DNA of 40,339 bases from Escherichia coli (GTDB lineage Bacteria > Pseudomonadota > Gammaproteobacteria > Enterobacterales > Enterobacteriaceae). Position 1 is the stretch's first letter. Every line of letters starts with the position of its first letter. The stretch lies in NCBI RefSeq assembly GCF_003334815.1, contig NZ_QOWO01000034.1. The stretch is one strand, 5' to 3'. The translations under genes and the position numbers were made by a program. Positions 1 to 10,472 of this stretch are shown here, in pieces. Under the pieces are notes generated by a model that saw only the letters and a list, made by a program, of their open reading frames with translations, did no database searches and was not told the DNA's origin.

Positions 1-157
1 AGCAGGGGATTGACCGGATGGCCGGACGTCACTCCGCCGGGGCACACCGAACAGGCCACGCCGGTGGGGGCACCAATGCGCACCCCGGCTGAACCCTGAA
101 CAATGCTACCGCCATACTGCGTCATGTCGCCCTGACGCGCTGCCGGTTTTCCGCTCA
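1..157 (-). CDS. rhsA: N-terminal fragment (first ~52 codons) of Rhs-family protein RhsA; PAAR-like Cys/Gly-rich start. The gene continues beyond the left edge.
   Basis: Complement of 1..157 translates to MSGKPAARQGDMTQYGGSIVQGSAGVRIGAPTGVACSVCPGG..., matching the remembered RhsA N-terminus. ATG is the complement of 155-157. Divergent from yibF, as in K-12. Confidence 0.8.
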
Positions 158-191
158 TTTCTCATCCTTGTTTTATCGGGTTATTTGTCTG

Positions 192-220
192 CTGACAGGC
201 GAAACCCTACAGATTTATAA
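192..220 (+). promoter_or_regulatory. Candidate sigma70 promoter for yibF: -35 CTGACA (192-197), 17-bp spacer, -10 TTATAA (215-220).
   Basis: Read directly in the AT-rich divergent rhsA/yibF region. Spacing and hexamers are close to consensus. Not verified experimentally. Confidence 0.3.
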
Positions 221-385
221 GAAAGCCTGAAGTGAGATATCCATCAGAGTGAAATAATTAGGAAAATATTTATATCACCATGATAAATATGTGATTTATT
301 TGGAAGTAACAAACCATCAACATTTTCTGCCCTTTTTCCCATCACCAGGCCATACTGATATTTTTCCTCGCACAAAGGACTCGGC

Positions 386-994
386 ATGAAACTCGTCGGT
401 AGCTACACCAGCCCGTTTGTACGCAAACTTTCTATTCTGTTGTTAGAAAAGGGCATAACTTTCGAATTTATTAATGAACTGCCCTATAACGCGGACAACG
501 GCGTGGCGCAATTTAACCCGTTAGGAAAAGTGCCGGTGCTGGTGACCGAAGAGGGCGAATGCTGGTTTGATTCGCCGATCATCGCTGAATATATTGAATT
601 AATGAATGTCGCTCCGGCGATGTTGCCGCGCGATCCGCTGGAGTCGTTGCGGGTGCGCAAAATTGAGGCACTGGCGGATGGCATTATGGATGCCGGGCTG
701 GTATCGGTGCGTGAACAGGCGCGTCCAGCGGCGCAGCAGTCTGAAGATGAATTGTTACGCCAGCGGGAGAAAATCAACCGCAGTCTGGATGTGCTGGAAG
801 GATATCTGGTCGATGGCACACTCAAAACCGATACGGTCAATCTGGCGACTATCGCCATTGCCTGTGCCGTCGGATATCTCAATTTCCGCCGCGTTGCGCC
901 AGGTTGGTGTGTCGACCGCCCACACTTAGTCAAACTGGTCGAAAACCTGTTTAGCCGCGAAAGTTTTGCTCGCACCGAACCGCCAAAGGCTTGA
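386..994 (+). CDS. yibF: Glutathione S-transferase-like protein YibF (202 aa)
   Basis: [31 protein letters not shown]... has a GST N-terminal thioredoxin-like fold motif. Length and sequence match remembered K-12 YibF. Confidence 0.9.
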
Positions 995-1091
995 TGCGCG
1001 ATATGTCCTCCTGACCCATCTCACGTTACAATCCGTGGTTATGTTAAACGCCCTTCTCCGTGTGAGAGGGCCTTGATCAGCCAGGTTTCCT

Positions 1092-2483
1092 ATGACAACC
1101 GAAACGCGTTCCCTCTATAGTCAACTTCCGGCTATTGATCGCTTATTGCGCGATAGCTCCTTCCTTTCTTTGCGTGATACTTATGGTCACACCCGCGTGG
1201 TGGAATTGTTGCGTCAGATGCTCGACGAAGCGCGAGAAGTGATTCGTGGCAGCCAGACGCTGCCTGCGTGGTGTGAAAACTGGGCGCAAGAAGTCGATGC
1301 CCGGTTGACGAAAGAAGCGCAGAGCGCGCTGCGTCCGGTGATCAACCTGACGGGAACCGTGCTGCATACCAACCTTGGGCGAGCTTTACAGGCGGAAGCC
1401 GCGGTGGAAGCCGTTGCGCAGGCTATGCGTTCGCCAGTGACCCTCGAGTATGATCTGGACGACGCCGGACGCGGACATCGCGATCGGGCGCTGGCGCAGC
1501 TGCTGTGCCGTATTACGGGGGCGGAAGATGCCTGTATCGTCAATAACAATGCGGCGGCGGTGTTATTGATGTTGGCGGCCACTGCCAGCGGAAAAGAGGT
1601 GGTGGTATCTCGCGGCGAACTGGTGGAGATTGGCGGCGCGTTTCGTATTCCCGATGTTATGCGTCAGGCAGGCTGCACCCTACACGAAGTAGGGACCACC
1701 AACCGCACGCACGCGAATGATTATCGTCAGGCGGTGAATGAAAATACCGCACTGTTGATGAAAGTACATACCAGTAACTACAGCATTCAGGGGTTCACCA
1801 AAGCGATAGATGAAGCGGAACTGGTGGCGCTCGGCAAAGAGCTGGATGTTCCCGTAGTGACTGATTTAGGCAGTGGCTCGCTGGTCGATCTTAGCCAGTA
1901 CGGTTTGCCGAAAGAGCCAATGCCGCAGGAGTTGATTGCGGCGGGCGTCAGTCTGGTGAGTTTCTCCGGCGACAAGTTGTTAGGCGGGCCGCAGGCAGGA
2001 ATTATTGTTGGTAAAAAAGAGATGATCGCCCGCCTGCAAAGCCACCCGCTGAAGCGTGCATTACGCGCGGATAAAATGACCCTCGCGGCGCTGGAAGCCA
2101 CGTTGCGTCTTTATTTACACCCTGAAGCTCTGAGTGAAAAATTACCGACCCTGCGCCTGCTTACCCGCAGCGCAGAGGTCATTCAAATCCAGGCACAACG
2201 TTTACAGGCCCCCCTTGCCGCACATTACGGCGCGGAGTTTGCGGTACAGGTTATGCCATGTCTTTCGCAGATTGGCAGTGGTTCGCTGCCGGTTGATCGC
2301 CTGCCGAGCGCGGCATTAACGTTTACACCCCATGATGGACGCGGTAGCCACCTTGAGTCATTAGCCGCCCGCTGGCGTGAATTGCCAGTGCCGGTGATTG
2401 GTCGTATTTATGACGGACGATTGTGGCTGGATTTACGCTGCCTTGAAGATGAGCAACGGTTTTTGGAGATGTTGTTGAAATGA
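1092..2483 (+). CDS. selA: L-seryl-tRNA(Sec) selenium transferase (selenocysteine synthase), 463 aa
   Basis: [22 protein letters not shown]... contains a PLP-enzyme K-containing motif and is 463 aa. It overlaps selB by 4 nt (ATGA). Confidence 0.95.
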   Translation: MTTETRSLYSQLPAIDRLLRDSSFLSLRDTYGHTRVVELLRQMLDEAREVIRGSQTLPAWCENWAQEVDARLTKEAQSALRPVINLTGTVLHTNLGRALQAEAAVEAVAQAMRSPVTLEYDLDDAGRGHRDRALAQLLCRITGAEDACIVNNNAAAVLLMLAATASGKEVVVSRGELVEIGGAFRIPDVMRQAGCTLHEVGTTNRTHANDYRQAVNENTALLMKVHTSNYSIQGFTKAIDEAELVALGKELDVPVVTDLGSGSLVDLSQYGLPKEPMPQELIAAGVSLVSFSGDKLLGGPQAGIIVGKKEMIARLQSHPLKRALRADKMTLAALEATLRLYLHPEALSEKLPTLRLLTRSAEVIQIQAQRLQAPLAAHYGAEFAVQVMPCLSQIGSGSLPVDRLPSAALTFTPHDGRGSHLESLAARWRELPVPVIGRIYDGRLWLDLRCLEDEQRFLEMLLK

Positions 2484-4324
2484 TTATTGCGACTGCCGGA
2501 CACGTTGACCACGGCAAAACAACCTTATTGCAGGCGATTACTGGCGTAAATGCTGACCGTCTGCCGGAAGAAAAAAAGCGCGGCATGACCATCGATCTCG
2601 GCTATGCCTACTGGCCGCAGCCGGATGGTCGCGTGCCTGGTTTTATCGACGTTCCCGGTCATGAAAAGTTTCTTTCCAACATGCTGGCGGGCGTTGGTGG
2701 TATCGATCACGCGCTGTTGGTGGTGGCGTGCGATGACGGCGTGATGGCACAGACCCGTGAGCATCTGGCGATTTTGCAGCTGACCGGTAACCCGATGCTG
2801 ACAGTGGCGCTGACCAAAGCCGATCGCGTGGACGAAGCGCGTGTTGATGAGGTTGAACGCCAGGTAAAGGAGGTTCTGCGGGAATACGGTTTTGCTGAGG
2901 CAAAACTGTTTATCACCGCAGCAACCGAAGGTCGGGGAATGGATGCCCTGCGCGAGCATCTGCTTCAGTTGCCGGAACGCGAGCACGCCAGCCAACATAG
3001 TTTCCGCCTCGCGATTGACCGCGCATTTACCGTAAAAGGTGCCGGGCTGGTCGTCACCGGTACGGCGTTAAGCGGGGAAGTGAAGGTAGGCGATTCACTC
3101 TGGCTGACTGGTGTAAATAAACCGATGCGTGTACGTGCGCTGCATGCGCAAAACCAGCCAACAGAAACCGCCAATGCCGGGCAGCGTATCGCGCTTAACA
3201 TCGCGGGTGATGCGGAAAAAGAGCAGATTAACCGTGGCGACTGGCTGCTTGCCGATGTGCCGCCAGAGCCGTTCACACGGGTGATTGTCGAGCTTCAAAC
3301 CCATACACCGCTGACCCAGTGGCAGCCGCTGCATATTCACCACGCCGCCAGCCACGTCACGGGACGCGTTTCACTGCTGGAAGATAACCTTGCTGAACTG
3401 GTCTTCGACACCCCGTTATGGCTGGCAGATAACGACCGCCTGGTATTGCGCGATATCTCTGCCCGCAACACGCTGGCCGGAGCGCGCGTCGTGATGCTTA
3501 ACCCGCCGCGTCGCGGTAAACGTAAGCCGGAATATCTGCAATGGCTGGCGTCTCTTGCACGGGCGCAGAGCGATGCCGATGCGTTATCTGTTCATCTGGA
3601 ACGCGGCGCGGTTAACCTTGCGGATTTCGCCTGGGCGCGCCAGCTCAACGGCGAAGGGATGCGCGAATTGCTGCAACAGCCTGGTTATATTCAGGCTGGT
3701 TATAGCTTGTTGAATGCGCCGGTTGCCGCCCGCTGGCAGCGGAAAATTCTCGACACATTAGCGACTTATCATGAGCAACATCGCGATGAACCTGGCCCTG
3801 GGCGCGAACGTCTGCGACGTATGGCGTTGCCAATGGAAGATGAAGCGCTGGTACTGTTGCTGATTGAAAAGATGCGCGAAAGCGGCGACATCCACAGCCA
3901 TCACGGCTGGCTGCATCTGCCAGATCACAAAGCGGGCTTCAGCGAAGAGCAGCAGGCCATCTGGCAAAAAGCAGAGCCACTGTTTGGTGACGAACCGTGG
4001 TGGGTGCGTGACCTGGCAAAAGAGACGGGAACCGACGAGCAGGCAATGCGCCTGACTCTACGCCAGGCGGCGCAGCAAGGAATAATTACCGCGATCGTTA
4101 AAGATCGTTATTACCGTAACGATCGGATTGTCGAGTTTGCCAATATGATCCGCGATCTCGATCAGGAGTGTGGTTCAACCTGCGCGGCGGATTTCCGCGA
4201 TCGCTTAGGCGTAGGCCGAAAGCTGGCAATTCAGATTCTGGAATATTTTGACCGCATTGGCTTTACGCGTCGTCGTGGAAATGATCATTTATTGCGCGAC
4301 GCATTATTATTTCCGGAAAAATAA
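2480..4324 (+). CDS. selB: Selenocysteine-specific translation elongation factor SelB (614 aa)
   Basis: N-terminus has the GTPase P-loop [10 protein letters not shown], followed by EF-Tu-like domains and a long C-terminal winged-helix extension. 614 aa. Confidence 0.95.
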
Positions 4325-4384
4325 GGAAATGATTAATTAAGTTTTAAAATAAATTAATACAAAATTCTTATGAATTTAAAAAAA

Positions 4385-4419
4385 GCACATTGTTTAATGA
4401 ATACAATGTGCTTTTTATT
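4385..4419. terminator. Bidirectional rho-independent terminator after selAB: stem GCACATTGT / ACAATGTGC (9 bp, extendable with the flanking A/T runs), loop TTAATGAAT, flanked by AAAAA upstream and TTTTTATT downstream.
   Basis: Perfect inverted repeat at 4385-4393 and 4403-4411 with an A-run before and a T-run after. It lies in an approximately 190-bp AT-rich spacer. Confidence 0.75.
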
Positions 4420-4513
4420 AGATTAATTTTGATAATCAATAATACTGATCATATTTTCGAATGAAAATCCTCAGTAAGCTGCCCGCCCTTTTTTACACTT
4501 TCAGGAGTGTGTT

Positions 4514-5665
4514 ATGGCAGCTTCAACGTTCTTTATTCCTTCTGTGAATGTCATCGGCGCTGATTCATTGACTGATGCAATGAATATGATGGCAGATTAT
4601 GGATTTACCCGTACCTTAATTGTCACTGACAATATGTTAACGAAATTAGGTATGGCGGGCGATGTGCAAAAAGCACTGGAAGAACGCAATATTTTTAGCG
4701 TTATTTATGATGGCACCCAACCTAACCCCACCACGGAAAACGTCGCCGCAGGTTTGAAATTACTTAAAGAGAATAATTGCGATAGCGTGATCTCCTTAGG
4801 CGGTGGTTCTCCACACGACTGCGCAAAAGGTATTGCGCTGGTGGCAGCCAATGGCGGCGATATTCGCGATTACGAAGGCGTTGACCGCTCTGCAAAACCG
4901 CAGCTGCCGATGATCGCCATCAATACCACGGCGGGTACGGCCTCTGAAATGACCCGTTTCTGCATCATCACTGACGAAGCGCGTCATATCAAAATGGCGA
5001 TTGTTGATAAACATGTCACTCCGCTGCTTTCTGTCAATGACTCCTCTCTGATGATTGGTATGCCGAAGTCACTGACCGCCGCAACGGGTATGGATGCCTT
5101 AACGCACGCTATCGAAGCATATGTTTCTATTGCCGCCACGCCGATCACTGACGCTTGTGCACTGAAAGCCGTGACCATGATTGCCGAAAACCTGCCGTTA
5201 GCCGTTGAAGATGGCAGTAATGCGAAAGCGCGTGAAGCAATGGCTTATGCCCAGTTCCTCGCCGGTATGGCGTTCAATAATGCTTCTCTGGGTTATGTTC
5301 ATGCGATGGCGCACCAGCTGGGCGGTTTCTACAACCTGCCACACGGTGTATGTAACGCCGTTTTGCTGCCGCACGTTCAGGTATTCAACAGCAAAGTCGC
5401 CGCTGCACGTCTGCGTGACTGTGCCGCTGCAATGGGCGTGAACGTGACAGGTAAAAACGACGCGGAAGGTGCTGAAGCCTGCATTAACGCCATCCGTGAA
5501 CTGGCGAAGAAAGTGGATATCCCGGCAGGCCTACGCGACCTGAACGTGAAAGAAGAAGATTTCGCGGTATTGGCGACTAATGCCCTGAAAGATGCCTGTG
5601 GCTTTACTAACCCGATCCAGGCAACTCACGAAGAAATTGTGGCGATTTATCGCGCAGCGATGTAA
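4514..5665 (+). CDS. yiaY: Iron-containing (group III) alcohol dehydrogenase YiaY, 383 aa
   Basis: [22 protein letters not shown]... carries Fe-ADH signature motifs (GGGSPHD, histidine metal ligands). RBS AGGAG at 4503-4507. Confidence 0.9.
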
Positions 5666-5680
5666 TCATCATTTCCACAA

Positions 5681-5708
5681 CGGCTGGCAAATTGTCAGCC
5701 GCTTTTTC
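5681..5708 (+). terminator. Weak intrinsic terminator after yiaY: CGGCTG ... CAGCCG 6-bp stem plus TTTTT.
   Basis: Stem 5681-5686 / 5696-5701, T-run 5703-5707. It lies inside the ORF-track 5' extension of aldB, which argues that the extension is not coding. Confidence 0.35.
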
Positions 5709-5829
5709 AACTATCTCTGTAACCCTTGCCCGTAAATTCGTGATAGCTGTCGTAAAGCTGTTACCGACTGGCGAAGATTTCGCCAGTCACGTCTACCCTT
5801 GTTATACCTCACACCGCAAGGAGACGATC

Positions 5830-7368
5830 ATGACCAATAATCCCCCTTCAGCACAGATTAAGCCCGGCGAGTATGGTTTCCCCCTCAAGTTAAAAGCCCG
5901 CTATGACAACTTTATTGGCGGCGAATGGGTAGCCCCTGCCGACGGCGAGTATTACCAGAATCTGACGCCGGTGACCGGGCAGCTGCTGTGCGAAGTGGCG
6001 TCTTCGGGCAAACGAGACATCGATCTGGCGCTGGATGCTGCGCACAAAGTGAAAGATAAATGGGCGCACACCTCGGTGCAGGATCGTGCGGCGATTCTGT
6101 TTAAGATTGCCGATCGAATGGAACAAAACCTCGAGCTGTTAGCGACAGCTGAAACCTGGGATAACGGCAAACCCATTCGCGAAACCAGTGCTGCGGATGT
6201 ACCGCTGGCGATTGACCATTTCCGCTATTTCGCCTCGTGTATTCGGGCGCAGGAAGGTGGGATCAGTGAAGTTGATAGCGAAACCGTGGCCTATCATTTC
6301 CATGAACCGTTAGGCGTGGTGGGGCAGATTATCCCGTGGAACTTCCCGCTGCTGATGGCGAGCTGGAAAATGGCTCCCGCGCTGGCGGCGGGCAACTGTG
6401 TGGTGCTGAAACCCGCACGTCTTACCCCGCTTTCTGTACTGCTGCTAATGGAAATTGTCGGTGATTTACTGCCGCCGGGCGTGGTGAACGTGGTCAATGG
6501 CGCAGGTGGGGTAATTGGCGAATATCTGGCGACCTCGAAACGCATCGCCAAAGTGGCGTTTACCGGCTCAACGGAAGTGGGCCAACAAATTATGCAATAC
6601 GCAACGCAAAACATTATTCCGGTGACGCTGGAGTTGGGCGGTAAGTCGCCAAATATCTTCTTTGCTGATGTGATGGATGAAGAAGATGCCTTTTTCGATA
6701 AAGCGCTGGAAGGCTTTGCACTGTTTGCCTTTAACCAGGGCGAAGTTTGCACCTGTCCGAGTCGTGCTTTAGTGCAGGAATCTATCTACGAACGCTTTAT
6801 GGAACGCGCCATCCGCCGTGTCGAAAGCATTCGTAGCGGTAACCCGCTCGACAGCGTGACGCAAATGGGCGCGCAGGTTTCTCACGGGCAACTGGAAACC
6901 ATCCTCAACTACATTGATATCGGTAAAAAAGAGGGCGCTGACGTGCTCACAGGCGGGCGGCGCAAGCTGCTGGAAGGTGAACTGAAAGACGGCTACTACC
7001 TCGAACCGACGATTCTGTTTGGTCAGAACAATATGCGGGTGTTCCAGGAGGAGATTTTTGGCCCGGTGCTGGCGGTGACCACCTTCAAAACGATGGAAGA
7101 AGCGCTGGAGCTGGCGAACGATACGCAATATGGCCTGGGCGCGGGCGTCTGGAGCCGCAACGGTAATCTGGCCTATAAGATGGGGCGCGGCATACAGGCT
7201 GGGCGCGTGTGGACCAACTGTTATCACGCTTACCCGGCACATGCGGCGTTTGGTGGCTACAAACAATCAGGTATCGGTCGCGAAACCCACAAGATGATGC
7301 TGGAGCATTACCAGCAAACCAAGTGCCTGCTGGTGAGCTACTCGGATAAACCGTTGGGGCTGTTCTGA
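5830..7368 (+). CDS. aldB: Aldehyde dehydrogenase B (NADP-dependent), 512 aa
   Basis: ALDH-family catalytic motifs ([19 protein letters not shown]). True start [15 protein letters not shown] at 5830, preceded by RBS AAGGAG at 5817-5822. The ORF-track start at 5692 is an in-frame upstream extension. Confidence 0.9.
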   Translation: MTNNPPSAQIKPGEYGFPLKLKARYDNFIGGEWVAPADGEYYQNLTPVTGQLLCEVASSGKRDIDLALDAAHKVKDKWAHTSVQDRAAILFKIADRMEQNLELLATAETWDNGKPIRETSAADVPLAIDHFRYFASCIRAQEGGISEVDSETVAYHFHEPLGVVGQIIPWNFPLLMASWKMAPALAAGNCVVLKPARLTPLSVLLLMEIVGDLLPPGVVNVVNGAGGVIGEYLATSKRIAKVAFTGSTEVGQQIMQYATQNIIPVTLELGGKSPNIFFADVMDEEDAFFDKALEGFALFAFNQGEVCTCPSRALVQESIYERFMERAIRRVESIRSGNPLDSVTQMGAQVSHGQLETILNYIDIGKKEGADVLTGGRRKLLEGELKDGYYLEPTILFGQNNMRVFQEEIFGPVLAVTTFKTMEEALELANDTQYGLGAGVWSRNGNLAYKMGRGIQAGRVWTNCYHAYPAHAAFGGYKQSGIGRETHKMMLEHYQQTKCLLVSYSDKPLGLF

Positions 7369-7399
7369 TATAAGAAGCTGGTCGCATTGGGTATTCATT

Positions 7400-7481
7400 G
7401 CCTGATGCGACGCTTACGCGTCTTATCATGCCTACGGGAACCTGACCGTAGGCCGGATAAGGCGTACACGCCGCATCCGGC
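7400..7481. repeat. BIME: two inverted REP elements (7400-7435 and 7448-7481)
   Basis: GCCTGATGCGACGCTTACGCGTCTTATCATGCCTAC and GTAGGCCGGATAAGGCGTACACGCCGCATCCGGC match the enterobacterial REP consensus (GCCKGATGCGRCG...CTTATCMGGCCTAC). Confidence 0.85.
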
Positions 7482-7912
7482 ATAAACAAAGCGCACGTTG
7501 TTACAATTTACGTTTTAAACCTACGTGCGCAATAACCCAGACTACGCCAACAGAAGTACGTTTCTGGGGCGTGTTTTGTCAGGAGTTTAATCTCGCGTTT
7601 CGATGGTGAGCGGGCGAACCAGGCCGTAAATCACCATTGGTGATCCGAGGCCAATCAGCAATAAACGGTAGATAATTGAAGGTTTAATACGCTTAATCTG
7701 TACTGTGGATGTTTTACTGGAGTTATTCATTAGTTTGGCCAATAGTTCCACTATTTCAATATGATAAACCTCGTCCTGTTGAAAAACCAGACAGCACATT
7801 TAAGAAAGTATATAAAAAACAATATGTCGTTATATAAATAAGGAAATTGCACTGCATCATGGCATTTCATAATATGCGTTAATTGTTCTTTTTTATATTC
7901 TTTGAGGGAAAT

Positions 7913-8236
7913 ATGTTCCTGGACTATTTTGCACTGGGAGTGCTTATTTTTGTATTTCTGGTGATCTTCTATGGGATCATTATTTTACATGATATTCCCT
8001 ACCTGATTGCCAAAAAACGTAATCATCCTCATGCCGACGCCATTCATGTTGCTGGTTGGGTGAGTCTTTTTACGTTACATGTTATCTGGCCGTTTTTGTG
8101 GATTTGGGCCACGCTTTACCGCCCGGAGCGGGGATGGGGAATGCAAAGCCATGATTCATCCGTTATGCAACTGCAACAGCGCATTGCCGGGCTGGAGAAA
8201 CAGCTCGCCGACATCAAATCCTCTTCTGCCGAGTAA
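7913..8236 (+). CDS. yiaW: DUF3302 small inner-membrane protein YiaW (107 aa)
   Basis: [30 protein letters not shown]... has two predicted TM helices. RBS GAGGGA at 7904-7909. The ORF-track start at 7883 is a TTG-initiated extension. Confidence 0.85.
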
Positions 8237-8241
8237 TACTT

Positions 8242-9378
8242 ATGGATTTACTGATTATTTTGACCTATGTGGCTTTTGCATGGGCAATGTTTAAGATCTT
8301 CAAAATTCCCGTAAATAAATGGACCATTCCCACAGCGGCCCTGGGTGGAATATTTATTGTCAGCGGTCTAATTCTGTTAATGAACTATAACCATCCGTAT
8401 ACCTTTAAAGCGCAAAAAGCGGTTATTTCTATTCCTGTTGTCCCACAGGTGACTGGTGTGGTGATTGAAGTGACGGATAAGAAAAATACGCTGATTAAAA
8501 AAGGTGAGGTGCTATTTCGACTGGACCCGACGCGTTATCAGGCGCGGGTGGATCGGCTGATGGCGGATATCGTTACCGCAGAACATAAACAGCGGGCGTT
8601 GGGCGCAGAGTTAGATGAGATGGCGGCGAATACTCAGCAGGCAAAGGCCACGCGGGATAAATTCGCTAAAGAGTATCAGCGTTACGCACGTGGCAGCCAG
8701 GCGAAAGTAAACCCGTTTTCAGAACGCGATATCGATGTGGCGCGGCAAAATTATCTGGCGCAGGAAGCCTCCGTGAAGTCATCGGCGGCGGAACAAAAAC
8801 AGATCCAGAGCCAGCTGGATAGCCTGGTGTTGGGTGAACATTCTCAAATCGCCAGCCTGAAAGCACAGCTCGCGGAAGCAAAATATAACCTTGAGCAGAC
8901 GATAGTGCGTGCGCCGAGCGATGGTTATGTGACCCAGGTACTGATTCGTCCGGGTACCTATGCCGCGTCGCTGCCGCTACGTCCGGTGATGGTGTTTATA
9001 CCCGATCAGAAACGACAAATCGTGGCGCAGTTCCGTCAGAACTCCTTGCTGCGACTGGCTCCTGGCGACGATGCGGAAGTGGTGTTTAATGCTCTGCCAG
9101 GTAAGGTATTCAGCGGTAAGCTGGCAGCCATTAGTCCAGCCGTTCCCGGCGGAGCTTATCAGTCGACCGGCACCTTACAGACGTTAAACACAGCGCCGGG
9201 TTCAGATGGCGTTATCGCGACCATTGAACTGGATGAGCACACTGATTTGAGCGCTTTACCAGACGGTATTTACGCCCAGGTGGCGGTTTACTCTGATCAT
9301 TTCAGCCATGTCTCGGTGATGCGCAAAGTGCTATTACGCATGACCAGCTGGGTGCATTACCTTTATCTCGATCATTAA
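8242..9378 (+). CDS. yiaV: HlyD/AaeA-family membrane-fusion (periplasmic adaptor) protein YiaV, 378 aa
   Basis: N-terminal TM segment, long coiled-coil region ([16 protein letters not shown]... QIQSQLDSL) and a beta-barrel C-terminal domain typical of HlyD/EmrA adaptors. 5 nt downstream of yiaW. Confidence 0.85.
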
Positions 9379-10349
9379 TCTTCGCTTTCCGCCGCTTGTT
9401 CAGGCCGCAGTTGCTGCGACTGAGCAAGCTGGTGGCGAATTTCACGCAGCATTTCATCCAGCACATACTGGACCCGCCAGGGCTGGTATTCCCGTTTACG
9501 GAAGATAGCCACCAGATCCAGCCACCATTCATAGGGTTGCTGAAAGCAGGGCACCAGCGTGCCGTCTTGCAGGTCGCTCTGCACACTTTTGTCTGGCGCA
9601 AACACAATCCCCAGGTGATTTCGTGCCAGCTCCAGCGCAGATTGCGTGTTGTCGCAAACGTAATTTCCCTTCACGCGATAATCCCGCACCTCTTTACTCC
9701 CGGCGACGTTGAAGCGCCAGATATTCGCGTCGTCGATCATCATCGAGTCGATCAAAATACAGGAGTGATGTTCGAGTTCGTCAGGACGGCTAATGGGATG
9801 TTTCTCAAGATAGCGCTGGCTGGCATAAGCGGTTACGGCATATTGGGTAATAAAACTGGCAACCAGCGATTCATCTTTTGGTGGAGCGTAGCTGATTAAA
9901 ACATCACAATCATCAGGAAATTCGACGCCTTCATAAAAGGCATTACGCTCAAGATTGCAGGTTTTTAGCGATAAGGTGATATCACCGATATCTTTAATTT
10001 TATCGATTACATGTTTGGATAAATAGGTAATTATGCCGGTTGGGGCGTAGATGGTGACCCGACCACGTTTCTCATGCTTATAATCTGCAATAAAATTATT
10101 AAGTTGCTCGTTTCTGTCCAGCATGTCGTTGATGTACGGTAACAGCGCGGTGCCAAAAGGTGTGAGCATCAGCTGCCGGGTGGTTCGGTCAAAGACTTTT
10201 AAACCCACTTTTGATTCAAAATCAGCAAGATATTTGCTGACGTTGGCCTGTGCGATGCCAAGTACAGTCGCGGCATGGCTGATATTTTCACTGGCAGCGA
10301 TTACCGAGATAATTTTTAACTCCCGGTACTTAAGTTGTAATTTTGTCAT
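9375..10349 (-). CDS. yiaU: LysR-family transcriptional regulator YiaU, 324 aa
   Basis: N-terminal HTH ([41 protein letters not shown]) and LysR substrate-binding domain. Its stop overlaps the yiaV stop (TTAA at 9375-9378). Confidence 0.9.
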
Positions 10350-10360
10350 CGCAACAGCCC

Positions 10361-10374
10361 AATTATATATAATT
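10361..10374. promoter_or_regulatory. Perfect 14-bp palindrome AATTATATATAATT in the yiaU/yiaT divergent region; candidate LysR-type operator.
   Basis: Read directly. It sits 12-25 nt upstream of the yiaU start codon inside an approximately 120-bp, >80% AT spacer. Confidence 0.35.
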
Positions 10375-10472
10375 TTATATATTACTATATAAATATGAAT
10401 CTTGCACCGGAGAAATTGTAAGCATTATTATGCCGACTCTTTTTTATCTTATTTTAAAATGGAATACCGGAC

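Noticed and set aside
5692-5829. ORF-track 5' extension of aldB ([16 protein letters not shown]...)
   Set aside because: The extension contains the yiaY terminator hairpin and has no RBS. The canonical start MTNNPPSAQ at 5830 has a strong AAGGAG RBS. Comparable over-extensions were rejected for sgbU (13110-13199), avtA (22637-22741), xylF (31211-31288), xylA (31564), yiaB (34551), yiaA (34977), yiaW (7883, TTG) and ysaA (20753, GTG).
6769-7266. 165-codon minus-strand ORF inside aldB, plus similar antisense ORFs inside xylA (32167..32781), selB (2525..2998) and yiaN (16549..17148)
   Set aside because: They are fully embedded antisense in confirmed genes, with no ribosome-binding sites. I regard them as shadow ORFs.
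8079-8294. 71-codon + ORF spanning the yiaW/yiaV junction in another frame
   Set aside because: It overlaps two well-supported genes out of frame and has no RBS.
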